A stretch of DNA of 64,000 bases, from positions 3,072,001-3,136,000 of the forward strand of contig CAWKMU010000003.1 in the NCBI GenBank assembly GCA_963850905.1. Direction: 5' to 3'. Below, piece by piece: positions 63,475-64,000 of the stretch. The notes beneath the pieces are model-generated. The model saw only the letters and a program-made list of their open reading frames with translations. It had not been told where the DNA came from and did not search any database. Every line of letters begins with the position of its first letter. Position 1 is the first letter of the stretch. The DNA comes from an uncultured Gemmatimonadales bacterium. Lineage in GTDB: Bacteria; Gemmatimonadota; Gemmatimonadetes; Gemmatimonadales; Gemmatimonadaceae. The position numbers and the translations under genes are program-made.

Positions 63475-64000
63475 ATGAGAACGGTCTCCACGCATCAGGT
63501 CGTCGCTTGTTGGTCGACGAGAACGCGTTGCGAACGACGGCGTACACATCTCTCGCTCGACCATCGGCGCGAAGGCGCTCGCGCGCGTGCGCTCAGACCC
63601 CACGCGGCGCTACTGCTAACGGCAATCGCGATCGGGGCTTGTTCAACCGCTCCGTCGGCGACGGCGCCCAACAGCGCCACCTCGCCCGTTTCACTCAACG
63701 TCGTCGGTGGCGGCTCGCAGCGCGCGCCAGTCAATACGACGTTGCCGCAGGCGATTCGCGTGCAGGTGCTCGACAACAGCGGGCACCCGGTGCCCAACTT
63801 CCTGCTCAACTTCGTGGTTACCTCTGGTGGCGGCCATGTCTTCGGCGGCGTGGAGGAGACCAATAGCTCGGGTTACGCCGACGAACAGTGGACGCTCGGG
63901 CCTCGGCTCGGTCCACAGACGCTCGAAGCCCGCCAGGTGAATTCCTGGACCGGCGTAGCGGCGAGCTACGGGAAATTCACGGCCACCGGCACGCCACCGA
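63475..64000 (+). CDS. Lipoprotein with Ig-like (Big_1-like) domain, runs off window end
   Basis: Open frame from ATG 63475; IGAC lipobox; VQVLDNSGHPVP..FVVTSGGG..TNSSGYA..WTLG..GPQTLEA. Confidence 0.75.
   Translation, partial: MRTVSTHQVVACWSTRTRCERRRTHLSLDHRREGARARALRPHAALLLTAIAIGACSTAPSATAPNSATSPVSLNVVGGGSQRAPVNTTLPQAIRVQVLDNSGHPVPNFLLNFVVTSGGGHVFGGVEETNSSGYADEQWTLGPRLGPQTLEARQVNSWTGVAASYGKFTATGTPP

Overview
A GC-rich, gene-dense bacterial core-genome segment. Gene style and order suggest Gemmatimonadota (my inference, no search run). Content: pyrR-pyrB-pyrC; rpsT; site-2 protease-scpA-scpB-rluB-moxR-DUF58-Bat-like cluster-mutL-miaA-bshA-uppP-birA-coaX; CIRCE-groES-groEL; a minus-strand roadblock/receiver/nucleotidyltransferase/MBL operon; serS-kinase-pcrA-gatCAB; murA-pgeF; rimP-nusA-L7Ae-infB-rbfA-truB-ribF; secD-secF-tatD; fhs-ridA-selD-selC; envelope genes; rph-rdgB; a ModA/WtpA-like binding protein; tRNA-Pro. 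About ten genes, some essential, are broken by apparent single-base insertions, most likely sequencing error. Best observations the ORF track misses: (1) a selenocysteine-containing SelD with SECIS-like hairpin directly followed by tRNA-Sec; (2) a dispersed family of intergenic palindromic cassettes with arms of tandem 7-mers that co-vary between arms, three right after tRNA 3' ends, including a duplicated tRNA-Pro 3' end; (3) a ~150-nt structured leader abutting the RBS of the oxyanion-binding protein gene; (4) a MiaA lacking its central insertion domain and a RimP lacking its C-terminal domain. No CRISPR array, prophage or transposase was seen. All family calls come from motif recognition by eye.
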